DNA of 64,000 bases from Elusimicrobiaceae bacterium (GCA_017475405.1 JAFVFN010000008.1:1254-65253), one strand, 5' to 3'; positions 9,027-19,176 are shown, counted from the stretch's first letter. A program made the numbers and translations. Notes: generated by a model not told the origin, from the sequence alone.

Positions 9027-10994
9027 ATGAAACTATCGCCGCAAGCTACTGAAAAACTCAAACAAATCGTGGGTAATTCCCATGTACTGACTGATGAACT
9101 TTCGCTTTCTCTTTACTCTTACGATTGTTCGCTGTCTCGCACACGCCCAGACGGAGTTGTACTTGTACAAAACACGGCACAGATAGCTGACATTATACGC
9201 GTACTTTCGGATTATCATATTCCGTTCGTCCCGCGTGCCAGTGCCACCAATCATGCGGGCAGTTGCATTGCTTTAAAGGGCGGTATCATTTTAAATTTAA
9301 CCCAACTAAACCATATCCTAAAAATCAACACCCAAGAGGGCTTTGCCATCGTGGAACCTGGAGTAATCACTGCAGATTTACAGGATGCACTGGCTCCGTT
9401 GGGATATTTCTATGCGCCAGACCCGGCCAGCACGAGGGCATGTACCTTAGGTGGCAATTTAGCTCAAAATGCCAGCGGTGCTCGGTGTATGAAATACGGC
9501 GGTACATTAGATCATGTATTGGCTGCTGATTTTGTCATGTCAAACGGTACTCAAATTCATCTCTCTCGCACAGATAGTGGCCCAGATTTAATCGGATTGA
9601 TCGCAGGGAGTGAGGGCACGTTGGGAGTTCTGACGCAATTAACAGTGAAAATACTGCCCGTTGCCAAACATATCCAAACTTTTTTGGTAACATTTCCTTC
9701 GCTGCAATCCAGCGTACAAACCGTCAGTGACTTGTGCGCACACGGTATTATTCCCCGATGCGTAGAGGCCATGGACCAAACTACGACACGTGCCGTAGAA
9801 GAATTTGCCCACGCCGGTTATCCGGTGAATGCAGAGGCCTTACTGATTTTAGAATTAGACGGAACCCCCGCTCAAATCAAAAAACAACAAAGTATTTTGA
9901 CACAGATTTGTTTGGCACATAATGCACAGAAATTTATAGCGGCCAAAACCGATGAGGAGCGTGAAAACTTATGGCGAGGCCGTCGCAGTGCCTATGCGGC
10001 TATGGCCCGGTTGTCTCCAAATGTTATGGTAGGAGACGGTACCGTGCCGCGCAGCGAACTGCCCGCCACATTGGAACGGGTACAACAAATTATTACACAA
10101 AATAACCTGCGTGCCAGTTTATTGTTCCACGCAGGAGACGGAAATTTCCATCCGCATATTTTATTTGACCAACGCAATAAACTGCAAACCATGCATGCCA
10201 CACAGGCACTAAATCAGATTTTAAAAACATGTGTAGATTCCCAGGGTACTCTATCAGGCGAACACGGAGTAGGCGTTGAAAAACGTGCAGTAATGTCTTA
10301 TCAATACGATGAAAGCACGTTAAAAGCCATGCAAAAAATAAAACATGCCTTAGACCCCAAAAATATCGCCAATCCACTTAAAATTTTACCTTGCCAATTT
10401 CAAGAGAAGTCACGCCAAACGTCACCGTTTCCTGCCGAAATTGCAATACTCCAAAAACAACTTAAAACGTGGAACAAGACCGATACGGCTTTTGAGATCC
10501 TTGGAAGTAATTCCAAACTAAAAACAACAACAAAAACGGTATTATCTTCTAAAGTGCTTTCGCAAATTATAGAAATCGACACCGCCAATTATACCGTAAC
10601 TGCGCAAGCGGGCATCAAACTGTCTGATTTAGCCACTGCACTCAAAAAAGCGGGGGTCCACAGTATCTTACCCACTGAAAAAGGAACCCTGGGCGGCGTC
10701 TTTGCCTCAGGTATACTTCCCGAATTTTATTCCCAGGTAACTGGACTAGAAGCACTTTTAAAGGACGGATCTTATGTACGCTATGGCGGCAAGCTTACCA
10801 AAAACGCGGCCGGATATCCATTAATACACTTGTTGGCCGGATCCCGGGGAACTCTTGGACTGGTAACCCAACTGACTTTTAAAGTCTTTGCCCAAGCACA
10901 AAAAATACCCAAGCCACGAACTTTTACACCTGCTCAGGGTAATGAGTTGTGGGCTCGACTTATCTGTGCCTTCACGGAGGGAATCCATGCATAA
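9027..10994 (+). CDS. FAD-linked 2-hydroxyacid oxidase, GlcD-like, with a C-terminal second GlcE-like FAD-binding module
   Basis: APDPAS, GSEGTLG, HAGDGNFHP and SGEHGVG motifs, then a second TAQAG...GSRGTLG segment. Confidence 0.8.
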   Translation: MKLSPQATEKLKQIVGNSHVLTDELSLSLYSYDCSLSRTRPDGVVLVQNTAQIADIIRVLSDYHIPFVPRASATNHAGSCIALKGGIILNLTQLNHILKINTQEGFAIVEPGVITADLQDALAPLGYFYAPDPASTRACTLGGNLAQNASGARCMKYGGTLDHVLAADFVMSNGTQIHLSRTDSGPDLIGLIAGSEGTLGVLTQLTVKILPVAKHIQTFLVTFPSLQSSVQTVSDLCAHGIIPRCVEAMDQTTTRAVEEFAHAGYPVNAEALLILELDGTPAQIKKQQSILTQICLAHNAQKFIAAKTDEERENLWRGRRSAYAAMARLSPNVMVGDGTVPRSELPATLERVQQIITQNNLRASLLFHAGDGNFHPHILFDQRNKLQTMHATQALNQILKTCVDSQGTLSGEHGVGVEKRAVMSYQYDESTLKAMQKIKHALDPKNIANPLKILPCQFQEKSRQTSPFPAEIAILQKQLKTWNKTDTAFEILGSNSKLKTTTKTVLSSKVLSQIIEIDTANYTVTAQAGIKLSDLATALKKAGVHSILPTEKGTLGGVFASGILPEFYSQVTGLEALLKDGSYVRYGGKLTKNAAGYPLIHLLAGSRGTLGLVTQLTFKVFAQAQKIPKPRTFTPAQGNELWARLICAFTEGIHA

Positions 10995-12225
10995 TAGACT
11001 AGGCACGCTGCATACCCCGTTAGGGATACGTGATTTGTATGATTCGGTTTGTTTTTGCAACCGTTGCGGTATGTGTGCTCCCGTTTGCCCTGCGTATGCG
11101 GCAGATCCGCAGGAAAGCAATTCTCCCCGAGCGCGTAATCAAGCGTTACGGCTGTTACTTGAAAACAAATTAAAAAACAATACCATCTCAAAAGAGCTAA
11201 ATCAATTAATTACTTCCTGCACTTTATGCGGACGATGTACGCACGTTTGCCCCGGACAAATCCCTACGGCTGAACATATACTGGAACTGCGTCGGCTATT
11301 AAAGTTGCAACTATTGCCGCGTTCTTTGTTCAAGCTACTGCGTTTGCGGGAAACATCCCCGCGATTGTTTTATGCAATTATACGTATAGGACTCCTGTCT
11401 CGACGCATAGGTCTTTTACGGCTGACAGCATGTATGCCGGGTTTTGCATGGGTTAAACACCTGCTGCAAATTTTACCGACGCGCAGCATTAAACCCTTTG
11501 CGGCAAAAGACCAAAAACGGCCTACGCTGATTTATTTACCCTCCTTGGAAGCAGAATTTTTATTTCCCGATTTGGCCCAACATGTATATAACTCGGCGTT
11601 AAAAAAATACCGCGTAATTGTATGGCAAAACACAACCTGTGGGTTATTTGAATACCTCTACGGCGATGTCCGCTCGGCACGTAAAATATTGCGCCGATTG
11701 ATCCTGCAACACCAACAAACAGCAAACACACAACTGCCCATACTGACAGACAGTATAGATGTCTATCATTTTTTAAAACGATCTGCGCAACTGTTCCACG
11801 GGTTTACGGCTTGGGAAGAAAAAGCACTCCATTTTGCCCAGTGTGTTCGGTTCGTTACGGATATTTTCCCGCAAAAACCGTCAAACCTGTCTGCCTGCAA
11901 AAAACCTGTTTTGTTTATGAACAGCGCCGTTTTTACCGAAGACAGTGCATTACAGACCAAGATAGAAAAAAAATTACAAACACTTTTTAAGAAAAATTTA
12001 GTACAGTGTGGGTATAAGGATGCTTGCATAGCACCTGCGGGATATGGATTTATAAAGGGATCTCGCGAGGCAGTGTATAATTTGCAAGCTGTGCGTACGG
12101 TCGCCACACATCAGGCACAGACCGTGATTGTGTTAAGCGGACTAGCACAATTGGAACTTAATTTTCAGTTGCGTCAGTTTTATCCGACAGCACATGCACA
12201 ACATATTGCGAACTTAAACGGGTAA
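10987..12225 (+). CDS. Fe-S protein, GlcF-like
   Basis: Two CxxCxxCxxxCP motifs (CNRCGMCAPVCP, CTLCGRCTHVCP); ATG 10987 overlaps the upstream stop. Confidence 0.75.
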   Translation: MHNRLGTLHTPLGIRDLYDSVCFCNRCGMCAPVCPAYAADPQESNSPRARNQALRLLLENKLKNNTISKELNQLITSCTLCGRCTHVCPGQIPTAEHILELRRLLKLQLLPRSLFKLLRLRETSPRLFYAIIRIGLLSRRIGLLRLTACMPGFAWVKHLLQILPTRSIKPFAAKDQKRPTLIYLPSLEAEFLFPDLAQHVYNSALKKYRVIVWQNTTCGLFEYLYGDVRSARKILRRLILQHQQTANTQLPILTDSIDVYHFLKRSAQLFHGFTAWEEKALHFAQCVRFVTDIFPQKPSNLSACKKPVLFMNSAVFTEDSALQTKIEKKLQTLFKKNLVQCGYKDACIAPAGYGFIKGSREAVYNLQAVRTVATHQAQTVIVLSGLAQLELNFQLRQFYPTAHAQHIANLNG

Positions 12226-12228
12226 TGT

Positions 12229-13479
12229 ATGCAATACTTTCAACAAAGTAACAAACTGACGGCCGAACAAAAACTAAAACTCTTAGTTGAGTTTGGAACG
12301 CGTACGTCCGGAGAAATCCGTTTGGATAAACTGTTAGATATTATTGCCCAACAGATTTCTGCGATGTTGGATGTGGGACGTTGCACCATTTACCTCAAAG
12401 ACGTGGAAAAAAACGAACTGTGGTCTAAAATTGCCCAGGGGCGCGGACTGGAACATACCGAAATCCGTATCCCGTTAAATGGCAACAATGCTGTTTCCAT
12501 TGTAGCACGTACCGGTGAAATATTAAACTTCCCGAATGCCTATGAAGACCCGCGGTTTTCCATGGATGTGGATATGGTTACCGATTACCGTACACATACC
12601 ATGTTGGCGGTCCCATTAAAAAATAATTCTGGGAAAGTATTGGGAGTATTCCAAGTTGTTAACAAAGCTGATGGTGCAGCGTTTGATAAAAACGATGAGG
12701 GGCTTTTGACACTGCTTGCCACTTTGGCCGGGAGTTCCATTGAGATTGCCAAACTCTATCAGGACGTGCATGTGGCCCAGTTGGAAACTATTTACCGTCT
12801 GGCTGTTACCGCCGAATACCGTGACCAACAGGATACGCGTTCTCATTTAAAGAATATCAGTATTATTTCTTACTTATTGGCACGTGCACTTGGCATGGGA
12901 ACTAAAGATTCCGAACTGATCAAAAATGCCAGCCCACTCCATGATATTGGTAAAGTGGCATTGGCCGACAATATTTTATTAAAACCCGGCAAGTTGACCT
13001 CCGAAGAATTTGAGATCATGAAATCCCATACCGTTTACGGCGGACGCATTTTGGAAGGCGCACATTCTAAAGTATTAAAGATTGCCCACAAAATGAGTCT
13101 GTATCATCATGAAAAATGGAACGGTAAAGGATACCCCAGCGGGTTAAAAGGCGAAGAGATCCCTTTGGAAGCACGTATTATCACGGTAGCTGATGTATTT
13201 GATGCTTTGTGCCAGTTTCGCGTCTATAAACAGGCCTGGAAAACCGAAGAGGCTTATGAATATATTTTAAGTGAATCTGGACAATCCTTTGATCCGCGCA
13301 TCGTGGCGGCATTTAAAAAGATTTACCCATCTATCCGCAAGCTATACTCACACATTTCTGTCAACAAGCCGGCCGGAACACGCTCCGGCACCGAAGAAAC
13401 TCAAGCGGCCTTTGCCAGTACGGACAGCTCAACACATGATGAGACATTTCGTCGCATGCTTGAAAACGATAAAGAATAA
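12229..13479 (+). CDS. GAF + HD-GYP cyclic dinucleotide phosphodiesterase
   Basis: N-terminal GAF (NAYEDPRF, AVPLKN, VFQVVNK); HDIGK, HHEKWNGKGYP and ADVFDAL motifs. Confidence 0.9.
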   Translation: MQYFQQSNKLTAEQKLKLLVEFGTRTSGEIRLDKLLDIIAQQISAMLDVGRCTIYLKDVEKNELWSKIAQGRGLEHTEIRIPLNGNNAVSIVARTGEILNFPNAYEDPRFSMDVDMVTDYRTHTMLAVPLKNNSGKVLGVFQVVNKADGAAFDKNDEGLLTLLATLAGSSIEIAKLYQDVHVAQLETIYRLAVTAEYRDQQDTRSHLKNISIISYLLARALGMGTKDSELIKNASPLHDIGKVALADNILLKPGKLTSEEFEIMKSHTVYGGRILEGAHSKVLKIAHKMSLYHHEKWNGKGYPSGLKGEEIPLEARIITVADVFDALCQFRVYKQAWKTEEAYEYILSESGQSFDPRIVAAFKKIYPSIRKLYSHISVNKPAGTRSGTEETQAAFASTDSSTHDETFRRMLENDKE

Positions 13480-13503
13480 TAATTTTTTAAAACTTTCCAA
13501 ATG

Positions 13504-13534
13504 ACGCGCATATTGTAAAAGTATGCGCGTTTTT
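13504..13534 (+). terminator. Intrinsic terminator overlapping the -35 of the pilin leader promoter
   Basis: ACGCGCATA/TATGCGCGT stem plus T4; TTGTAA lies in the loop, TGnTATATT downstream. Confidence 0.6.
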
Positions 13535-13550
13535 GCTATATTATAGGTAC

Positions 13551-13738
13551 AATTTAATCTATTTTTGAACTGTATGAAGAATACAGGATACTTCGCAACA
13601 GAAGTAATCAGAAGGGTCAAAAATAGCCGATTAGGCACACAAGAGCGACGGCTTGCGTGTGTCAAGCGTTTCCTGCGTATGCGGGGAACCACGGCTGTTA
13701 TATTAGACTTCCCTTCTGATGCCTAATATGGCAGCCGT
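13551..13738 (+). ncRNA. Pilin leader structured RNA, copy 1
   Basis: P1 AATCTATTTTTGA/TCAAAAATAGccGATT; pseudoknot ATCAGAAGGG (13607-16) with CCCTTCTGAT (13711-20); 16-bp terminal stem ACGGCTGTTATATTAG/CTAATATGGCAGCCGT. Confidence 0.85.
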
Positions 13739-13786
13739 CATTATTTATATATCGTTCAAGAATAGATTTAAAAATAGGAGATATGT

Positions 13787-14335
13787 ATGACAAGAAACAA
13801 AAAAGCATTTACACTAATCGAATTGCTCGTTGTAGTACTGATTACAGGAATTTTAGCAGCCGTGGCGGTACCACAATACCAAAAAGCAGTGGAAAAAAGT
13901 AAAGCTAGCGAGGCTCTAATATTACTTAAAACATTGGCCACTGCTCAAGAAGTATATTATTTAGCGAACGGATCTTATGCAGAGTCCTATACCGAATTAG
14001 ATATTGATATTCCCTGGACAGGAACAACAAAATTTAAACCCGATACTACCGACGCTGTATCCAATGCTGATTGGTCGGCGTCCCTACAGCAGAAGAGTGG
14101 TTATACGAACATTATGCTAGGCCGAATTACTGGTAAATATACAGGAGCTGGATTTATATGGGTACTTACAACAAAATCTGGCCTCAAAGAAAAACAAATC
14201 CTCTGCTTTGAACGGACCAATGGAACTTTTGTTTTTGATACCAACCTATCAAATGGGGCCTATTGCCAGCAAATCATAGGAGGAACTCCTGTTTCTGGCG
14301 GGGCCTCAGGCAGATATTACACCTTACCGTATTAA
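13787..14335 (+). CDS. Type IV pilin-like protein (prepilin cleavage/methylation domain)
   Basis: [31 protein letters not shown]; AGGAGA SD. Confidence 0.9.
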   Translation: MTRNKKAFTLIELLVVVLITGILAAVAVPQYQKAVEKSKASEALILLKTLATAQEVYYLANGSYAESYTELDIDIPWTGTTKFKPDTTDAVSNADWSASLQQKSGYTNIMLGRITGKYTGAGFIWVLTTKSGLKEKQILCFERTNGTFVFDTNLSNGAYCQQIIGGTPVSGGASGRYYTLPY

Positions 14336-14447
14336 TAATTCTGTGTAAACACATGCAAGTAGAAAGCTCTCTAGAAAAAATACTAAAATATAAGAGTCCT
14401 TTTGGCTTTCAACCTTAAGTACAAATCTATTATTTAACGAGGTTCTG

Positions 14448-15527
14448 ATGGAAAAAGAGACCGTTCTAGTCGGCTTGTCCGGTGGGGTAGATTCTGCCGC
14501 TACAGCTGTACTTTTAAAAGAGCAGGGATACCATGTTATCGGTGCTACCATGCTGATTTGGGATCCGTCGCTCCCTGTCCCGAAAGAGGGACACCAAAAA
14601 AATGCCTGTTTGGCTCCGGAAAAAGAGGACTTACAAGAAGTAGAGTCTATTGTCAAAACATTGGGTATTGAGTTTTTGACGGTGGACTGCCGTGAACAAT
14701 ATAAACATACGGTGCTAGATAATTTCCGCTTGGAATATTCCTGCGGACGTACCCCCAATCCGTGTGTATTGTGTAACAGTTTAATCAAATTCGGTGTCCT
14801 TCCTAGCGCCGCTGCGAAACAGGGAATTAAGTTTGACAAATTTGCCACAGGACATTATGCCCGTGTGGAACAAGACCCTAAAACCGGGAAATACCTGCTT
14901 AAAAAAGCTGTGGATCTATCGCGTGACCAGAGCTACTTTTTACACCGTTTAAAACAGGAACAACTCTCCCATGTATTATTTCCGTTAGGTGAAAAAACAA
15001 AACCCGAAATCCGTGAAAAAGCACGTCAGGCCGGGTTGGTAGTCGCTGATAAAGAAGACAGTATGGATTTTTACTGCGGGGATTATAACGATTTATTAAA
15101 CTTCCCCAATAAACCCGGTGAACTGGTTACCTCAGACGGCAAAGTATTGGGACAACATAACGGGATTTGGAACTATACCATCGGCAAACGCAAAGGCCTG
15201 GGTCTAAGCGGATTTGCCGAGCCAATGTATGTAGTTAAAATTGATGCCGAAAAGAACCAAGTCATTATCGGCCCCAAAAGTGCATTGTACTCAGATACAC
15301 TGACTGCCACCAATGTCAGTTGGGTAGCTGGGGAACCGCCAGCCCAAACTTTTGACTGCGAAATCAAAATCCGCAATTTACATGTGCCGGCCAAAGCACA
15401 GGTAACGATAAACGAAGACGGTAGTTTTACAGCCAAGTTTACAGAGCCACAAATGTCTATTACTGCCGGACAAAGTGCCGTTATGTATAACGGGGACATT
15501 GTATTAGGCGGAGGAATTATCCAATAA
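14448..15527 (+). CDS. mnmA: tRNA 2-thiouridylase MnmA
   Basis: SGGVDS, TPNPCVLCN, ATGHYAR, RDQSYFL, TIGKRKGLG and TAGQSAV motifs. Confidence 0.95.
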   Translation: MEKETVLVGLSGGVDSAATAVLLKEQGYHVIGATMLIWDPSLPVPKEGHQKNACLAPEKEDLQEVESIVKTLGIEFLTVDCREQYKHTVLDNFRLEYSCGRTPNPCVLCNSLIKFGVLPSAAAKQGIKFDKFATGHYARVEQDPKTGKYLLKKAVDLSRDQSYFLHRLKQEQLSHVLFPLGEKTKPEIREKARQAGLVVADKEDSMDFYCGDYNDLLNFPNKPGELVTSDGKVLGQHNGIWNYTIGKRKGLGLSGFAEPMYVVKIDAEKNQVIIGPKSALYSDTLTATNVSWVAGEPPAQTFDCEIKIRNLHVPAKAQVTINEDGSFTAKFTEPQMSITAGQSAVMYNGDIVLGGGIIQ

Positions 15528-15548
15528 AACTTGTTCCTTTATCCAAAC

Positions 15549-15579
15549 AAAAAGTACGTGTATCAACCACGTACTTTTT
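15549..15579. terminator. Bidirectional intrinsic terminator (mnmA/dnaJ)
   Basis: AAAAAGTACGTG/CACGTACTTTT between convergent genes. Confidence 0.75.
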
Positions 15580-15603
15580 GTTATATGTTTTCGAGATTCC
15601 CTG

Positions 15604-16716
15604 TTATTTGCAAAACAAGTCTTTAAAGAAACTCTTTTTGCCGCCAGTTTCTTCAGCAAGTGCTTCTAATAATTCCTTTTGTTTAGCAGTCGGTTTCTTG
15701 AGGACCTCAATCTGTACATTGATTAATAAATCTCCAAAACCTTTCTTGCCCAGTTTAGGCATACCGTTACCCTGTACTTTAAGTACCTCACCAAATTGAG
15801 TTCCTTTGGGAATGGTCACTTCCATTTCTTTCCCCTCAATAGTAGGGACCTTGATTGTACCGCCTAATACGGCCTGCGGGTAAGTAATCGGAGCATCAAT
15901 AATTAAATTATCTCCTTCTCGGCGGAAAATCTTATGTTCTTTGACATGCACTTCTACGTACAAGTCTCCAAACCCGCCTCCGTTCTCACCAATGTCTCCG
16001 CCGTTGGATACGCGAAGCGTAACCCCGGTACGTACACCAGAGGGAACTTTGACTGTGATTTTTTCTTTGACGCGTTTGTGGCCCGTACCGCGGCATTCAC
16101 CACACGGTTTTTCAACCACCGTACCTTTCCCCCCGCAATCAGGACAAACCTGCCGCATACTAAAAATCCCTTGCGAATACGTTACCTGTCCGGATCCGCC
16201 GCAGGAACGACACGTCTTTCGGGCACTTCCCTGCGAGGCTCCGCTGCCGTCACACACTGAGCAGTTATCCAAGCGTGTATAATCTACTGGGATCTCTTTG
16301 CCGGAAAACGCTTCTTCCAAAGTTAGGGTTACATCGAGTTTAAGGTCTTCTCCGCGGGTTACGCGCGGTCCGCGGGAACGTCCGCCAAAAGCCCCTCCAA
16401 ACATATCCCCGAATACAGAACCGAAAATCTCATTAATATCCCCAAACCCGCTGGCATTAAAACCGCTAAAACCGCCAGCTCCGTTCACGCCTTCGTGGCC
16501 GTATTGGTCATACATGTGTTTTTTTTGCGGATCGGACAATACAGAAAAAGCTTCGTTTACTTTTTTAAATTGTTCCTCGGCATTTTTATCGCCGGGATTA
16601 CGATCGGGATGGTACTTCATGGCCTGTTTACGGAAGGCCGATTTAATTTCAACCTCGGTAGCCGTACGCTCAATACCAAGGATAGTATAATAATCTTCTT
16701 TCATAGTAGTTGGCAT
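15604..16716 (-). CDS. dnaJ: Chaperone DnaJ
   Basis: J domain with HPD, G/F region, four CxxCxGxG repeats; start 16716 or 16704. Confidence 0.95.
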   Translation of the reverse strand: MPTTMKEDYYTILGIERTATEVEIKSAFRKQAMKYHPDRNPGDKNAEEQFKKVNEAFSVLSDPQKKHMYDQYGHEGVNGAGGFSGFNASGFGDINEIFGSVFGDMFGGAFGGRSRGPRVTRGEDLKLDVTLTLEEAFSGKEIPVDYTRLDNCSVCDGSGASQGSARKTCRSCGGSGQVTYSQGIFSMRQVCPDCGGKGTVVEKPCGECRGTGHKRVKEKITVKVPSGVRTGVTLRVSNGGDIGENGGGFGDLYVEVHVKEHKIFRREGDNLIIDAPITYPQAVLGGTIKVPTIEGKEMEVTIPKGTQFGEVLKVQGNGMPKLGKKGFGDLLINVQIEVLKKPTAKQKELLEALAEETGGKKSFFKDLFCK

Positions 16717-16860
16717 AATAAATTCGTAGTTATATTTTAGCAAATCTAGCACTTATATAGCTAGTGTGCTACTTTAGATTTGGCATGCGCGTACGCTTTA
16801 TGCTATAATATAAGAGCTAAAAAGCGCTTTTTATAAAGTGCGCTGCTAGCGAGTTAACTT

Positions 16861-17169
16861 ATGTACGCAATTATTGAAACTGGTGGAAAACAGTACTGGG
16901 TAAAACCCGGTCAAGATCTGCAGGTTGAAAAGCTGGACGCGGAAGTAGGCGCCAACGTAGAACTCAAAGTTCTCTGGGCCGCTAACGAAGAAGGTACCTC
17001 AGCAGATACCAAAGCCGCTACTGCGGCCAAGGTCACCGCTCAAGTGGTCAAACACCTGAGAGGTCATAAAGTGATTGTCTATAAACGCCGCCCCAAAAAA
17101 GGGTATGAACGTACCCAGGGCCATAGACAAAACTTAACGCAAATTAAAATCACGGATATCCAGTTATAA
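16861..17169 (+). CDS. rplU: 50S ribosomal protein L21
   Basis: MYAIIETGGKQY and GHRQNLT motifs. Confidence 0.95.
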   Translation: MYAIIETGGKQYWVKPGQDLQVEKLDAEVGANVELKVLWAANEEGTSADTKAATAAKVTAQVVKHLRGHKVIVYKRRPKKGYERTQGHRQNLTQIKITDIQL

Positions 17170-17185
17170 ATTGGGAGACTAAACT

Positions 17186-17557
17186 ATGGCACATACAAAA
17201 GCTCAAGGTTCTTCCTCCAACGGAAGAGACAGCCACGGCCAACGTTTAGGGATTAAACGTTACGGCTCCCAGTTTGTAAACGCTGGGGAAATCATCGTAC
17301 GTCAACGCGGTACCAAGTTCCTGCCTGGAACCAACGTATCTCGCGCCAGCGACGACAGTCTCTTTGCCCGCGTAAGCGGTATTGTTACCTTTGAATGGGT
17401 AAGAAGAGGCAAACAACAAATTTCCGTGTACCCCAAAGTTGCGGAAACCAAAGAAGCCAAAGCGCCTGCTAAAAAAACTGCAGCCCCTAAAGCTGCCGCT
17501 AAAAAGGCGCCCGCCAAGAAAGCTGCCAAACCGGCTGCTAAAAAAGCGGACAAATAA
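17186..17557 (+). CDS. rpmA: 50S ribosomal protein L27 with Lys/Ala/Pro-rich C-terminal tail
   Basis: [24 protein letters not shown]; follows rplU. Confidence 0.95.
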   Translation: MAHTKAQGSSSNGRDSHGQRLGIKRYGSQFVNAGEIIVRQRGTKFLPGTNVSRASDDSLFARVSGIVTFEWVRRGKQQISVYPKVAETKEAKAPAKKTAAPKAAAKKAPAKKAAKPAAKKADK

Positions 17558-17571
17558 ACATTTGGCAAATT

Positions 17572-17604
17572 AAGGCGGCGGGAATTTTTCCTGCCGCTTT
17601 TTTT
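17572..17604 (+). terminator. Intrinsic terminator after rpmA
   Basis: GCGGCGGGA/TCCTGCCGC stem plus T run. Confidence 0.75.
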
Positions 17605-17616
17605 GCCAGTAAAACC

Positions 17617-17775
17617 ATGAAACAAGACGATTTACACGTAGTACAGGACGAATGGAGCTACACCGTTACTAAAACATCGGCCCGTAAAAAAGCCAAGCGT
17701 ACTCGCCAAAAGGCGAAGCGGCAACTAAGCAAAAAGCTACTGGCACAAGACGACCCCGGTGAATCGTTGTTATAA
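17617..17775 (+). CDS. Putative 52-aa basic small protein
   Basis: Hand-translated MKQDDLHVVQDEWSYTVTKTSARKKAKRTRQKAKRQLSKKLLAQDDPGESLL; fills the rpmA-obgE gap; no clear SD. Confidence 0.4.
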   Translation: MKQDDLHVVQDEWSYTVTKTSARKKAKRTRQKAKRQLSKKLLAQDDPGESLL

Positions 17776-17783
17776 GGATTTTT

Positions 17784-19163
17784 ATGCAATCAGGCAGTTT
17801 TTTAGACCGTGTTAAAATTTACGTGACCGCTGGTAAAGGCGGAGACGGATGTTTGTCGTTTCGGCGCGAGAAATTCATTGAATTTGGCGGTCCGAACGGC
17901 GGTTGCGGCGGACGCGGGGGAGATGTGATCCTGCGTGCCGAACCAAATTTAACCACGCTCTTAGAACTAGCCTACCACCCGCATATTGACGCTCCTAACG
18001 GTGAAAAGGGAGGCTCTTACAATAAAACAGGCCGTGCCGGTGAAAACCGCTACGTATATGTACCCTGCGGTACCATTGTACGTACGTTGGAAGGAGAATT
18101 TTTAGTTGATATGACCAAACCTGGCCAAGAATTTACCGTGGCCAAGGGCGGTGCGGGTGGACGCGGGAACCAATCCTTTAAAACCCAGCAAAACACGGCT
18201 CCGCATATTGCCGAAAATGGACTCCCCGGAGAAGAAGTAACGTTGATTTTGGAGCTTAAAGTACTGGCCGATCTCGGACTCGTAGGATTCCCCAATGCAG
18301 GCAAAAGTACTTTCTTAAGCCGCATCTCGGCTGCCAGACCGCGTATCGCTAATTATGCGTTTACGACTTTGAACCCCAACTTAGGTATTACATTGCACCA
18401 AGGAGTTAGTTTTGCCACAGCTGATATCCCTGGTATCATTGAAGGGGCCAGTGAGGGGAAAGGACTGGGGATCCAATTTTTAAAACACATTGAACGCACC
18501 CGTGTATTACTACACTTAGTGGATCCAGAAGGATTTGACAGGCTAAGTGCAGAAGAGAGCGTTAAAGTTATTGAAAAAGAACTTAAAAACTTTAATAAAA
18601 AACTCTTTGAAAAACCACGTATTATAGCCGTAAATAAGGCCGATCTTCCTGCTGCCGAAAAAGTTTATAAAACTCTTAGTAAAAAGTTAAAAAAACATAA
18701 AGTAATGCTGATTTCAGCTGCTACGGGACTAGGTGTAAAAGAAGTACTTAACGAGGTGGTCCAAATCTTGTCATCCACCCCTGTTGAGCAACTCACTGTA
18801 GAAGAAGAAAAATCCGTAGTACATAAAGTAGAACCTATTTTTACCATTACGCGCGATGAAAACGATATTATCCATATCACAGGTAAAAAAGTAGAAGAGT
18901 TCATTGCCATGACTAATTTCACGCAACCCGAAGCCGTTACCCGATTAAAAGGTATTTTCAAAAAAATCGGACTTGAAAAAGCACTGCTTAAACAAGGCGT
19001 TCAGGATGGAGACCTGTTAGTCGTTGGCGGTAAAGAGTTTGAATGGAACGGCGATTTTGACGAAGAAGCTCCGCAAGCCCCTGAGCATGCCGGATACAAA
19101 CGCCGGGAAACCAAGGCCGAACGTTTAGCTAAACGCAAAGCAAGACGGGAAGGGAAAAAATAA
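17784..19163 (+). CDS. obgE: GTPase ObgE/CgtA with C-terminal OCT domain
   Basis: Gly-rich Obg fold, GFPNAGKS, YAFTTL, DIPG and NKAD motifs. Confidence 0.95.
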   Translation: MQSGSFLDRVKIYVTAGKGGDGCLSFRREKFIEFGGPNGGCGGRGGDVILRAEPNLTTLLELAYHPHIDAPNGEKGGSYNKTGRAGENRYVYVPCGTIVRTLEGEFLVDMTKPGQEFTVAKGGAGGRGNQSFKTQQNTAPHIAENGLPGEEVTLILELKVLADLGLVGFPNAGKSTFLSRISAARPRIANYAFTTLNPNLGITLHQGVSFATADIPGIIEGASEGKGLGIQFLKHIERTRVLLHLVDPEGFDRLSAEESVKVIEKELKNFNKKLFEKPRIIAVNKADLPAAEKVYKTLSKKLKKHKVMLISAATGLGVKEVLNEVVQILSSTPVEQLTVEEEKSVVHKVEPIFTITRDENDIIHITGKKVEEFIAMTNFTQPEAVTRLKGIFKKIGLEKALLKQGVQDGDLLVVGGKEFEWNGDFDEEAPQAPEHAGYKRRETKAERLAKRKARREGKK

Positions 19164-19176
19164 TTTTCCTTTCCTC

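Noticed and set aside
14324-14848. 174-aa minus-strand ORF
   Set aside because: Antisense shadow of mnmA with no recognisable motif.
16717-16860. CIRCE element or L21 leader between dnaJ and rplU
   Set aside because: No TTAGCACTC-N9-GAGTGCTAA match; only weak short palindromes.
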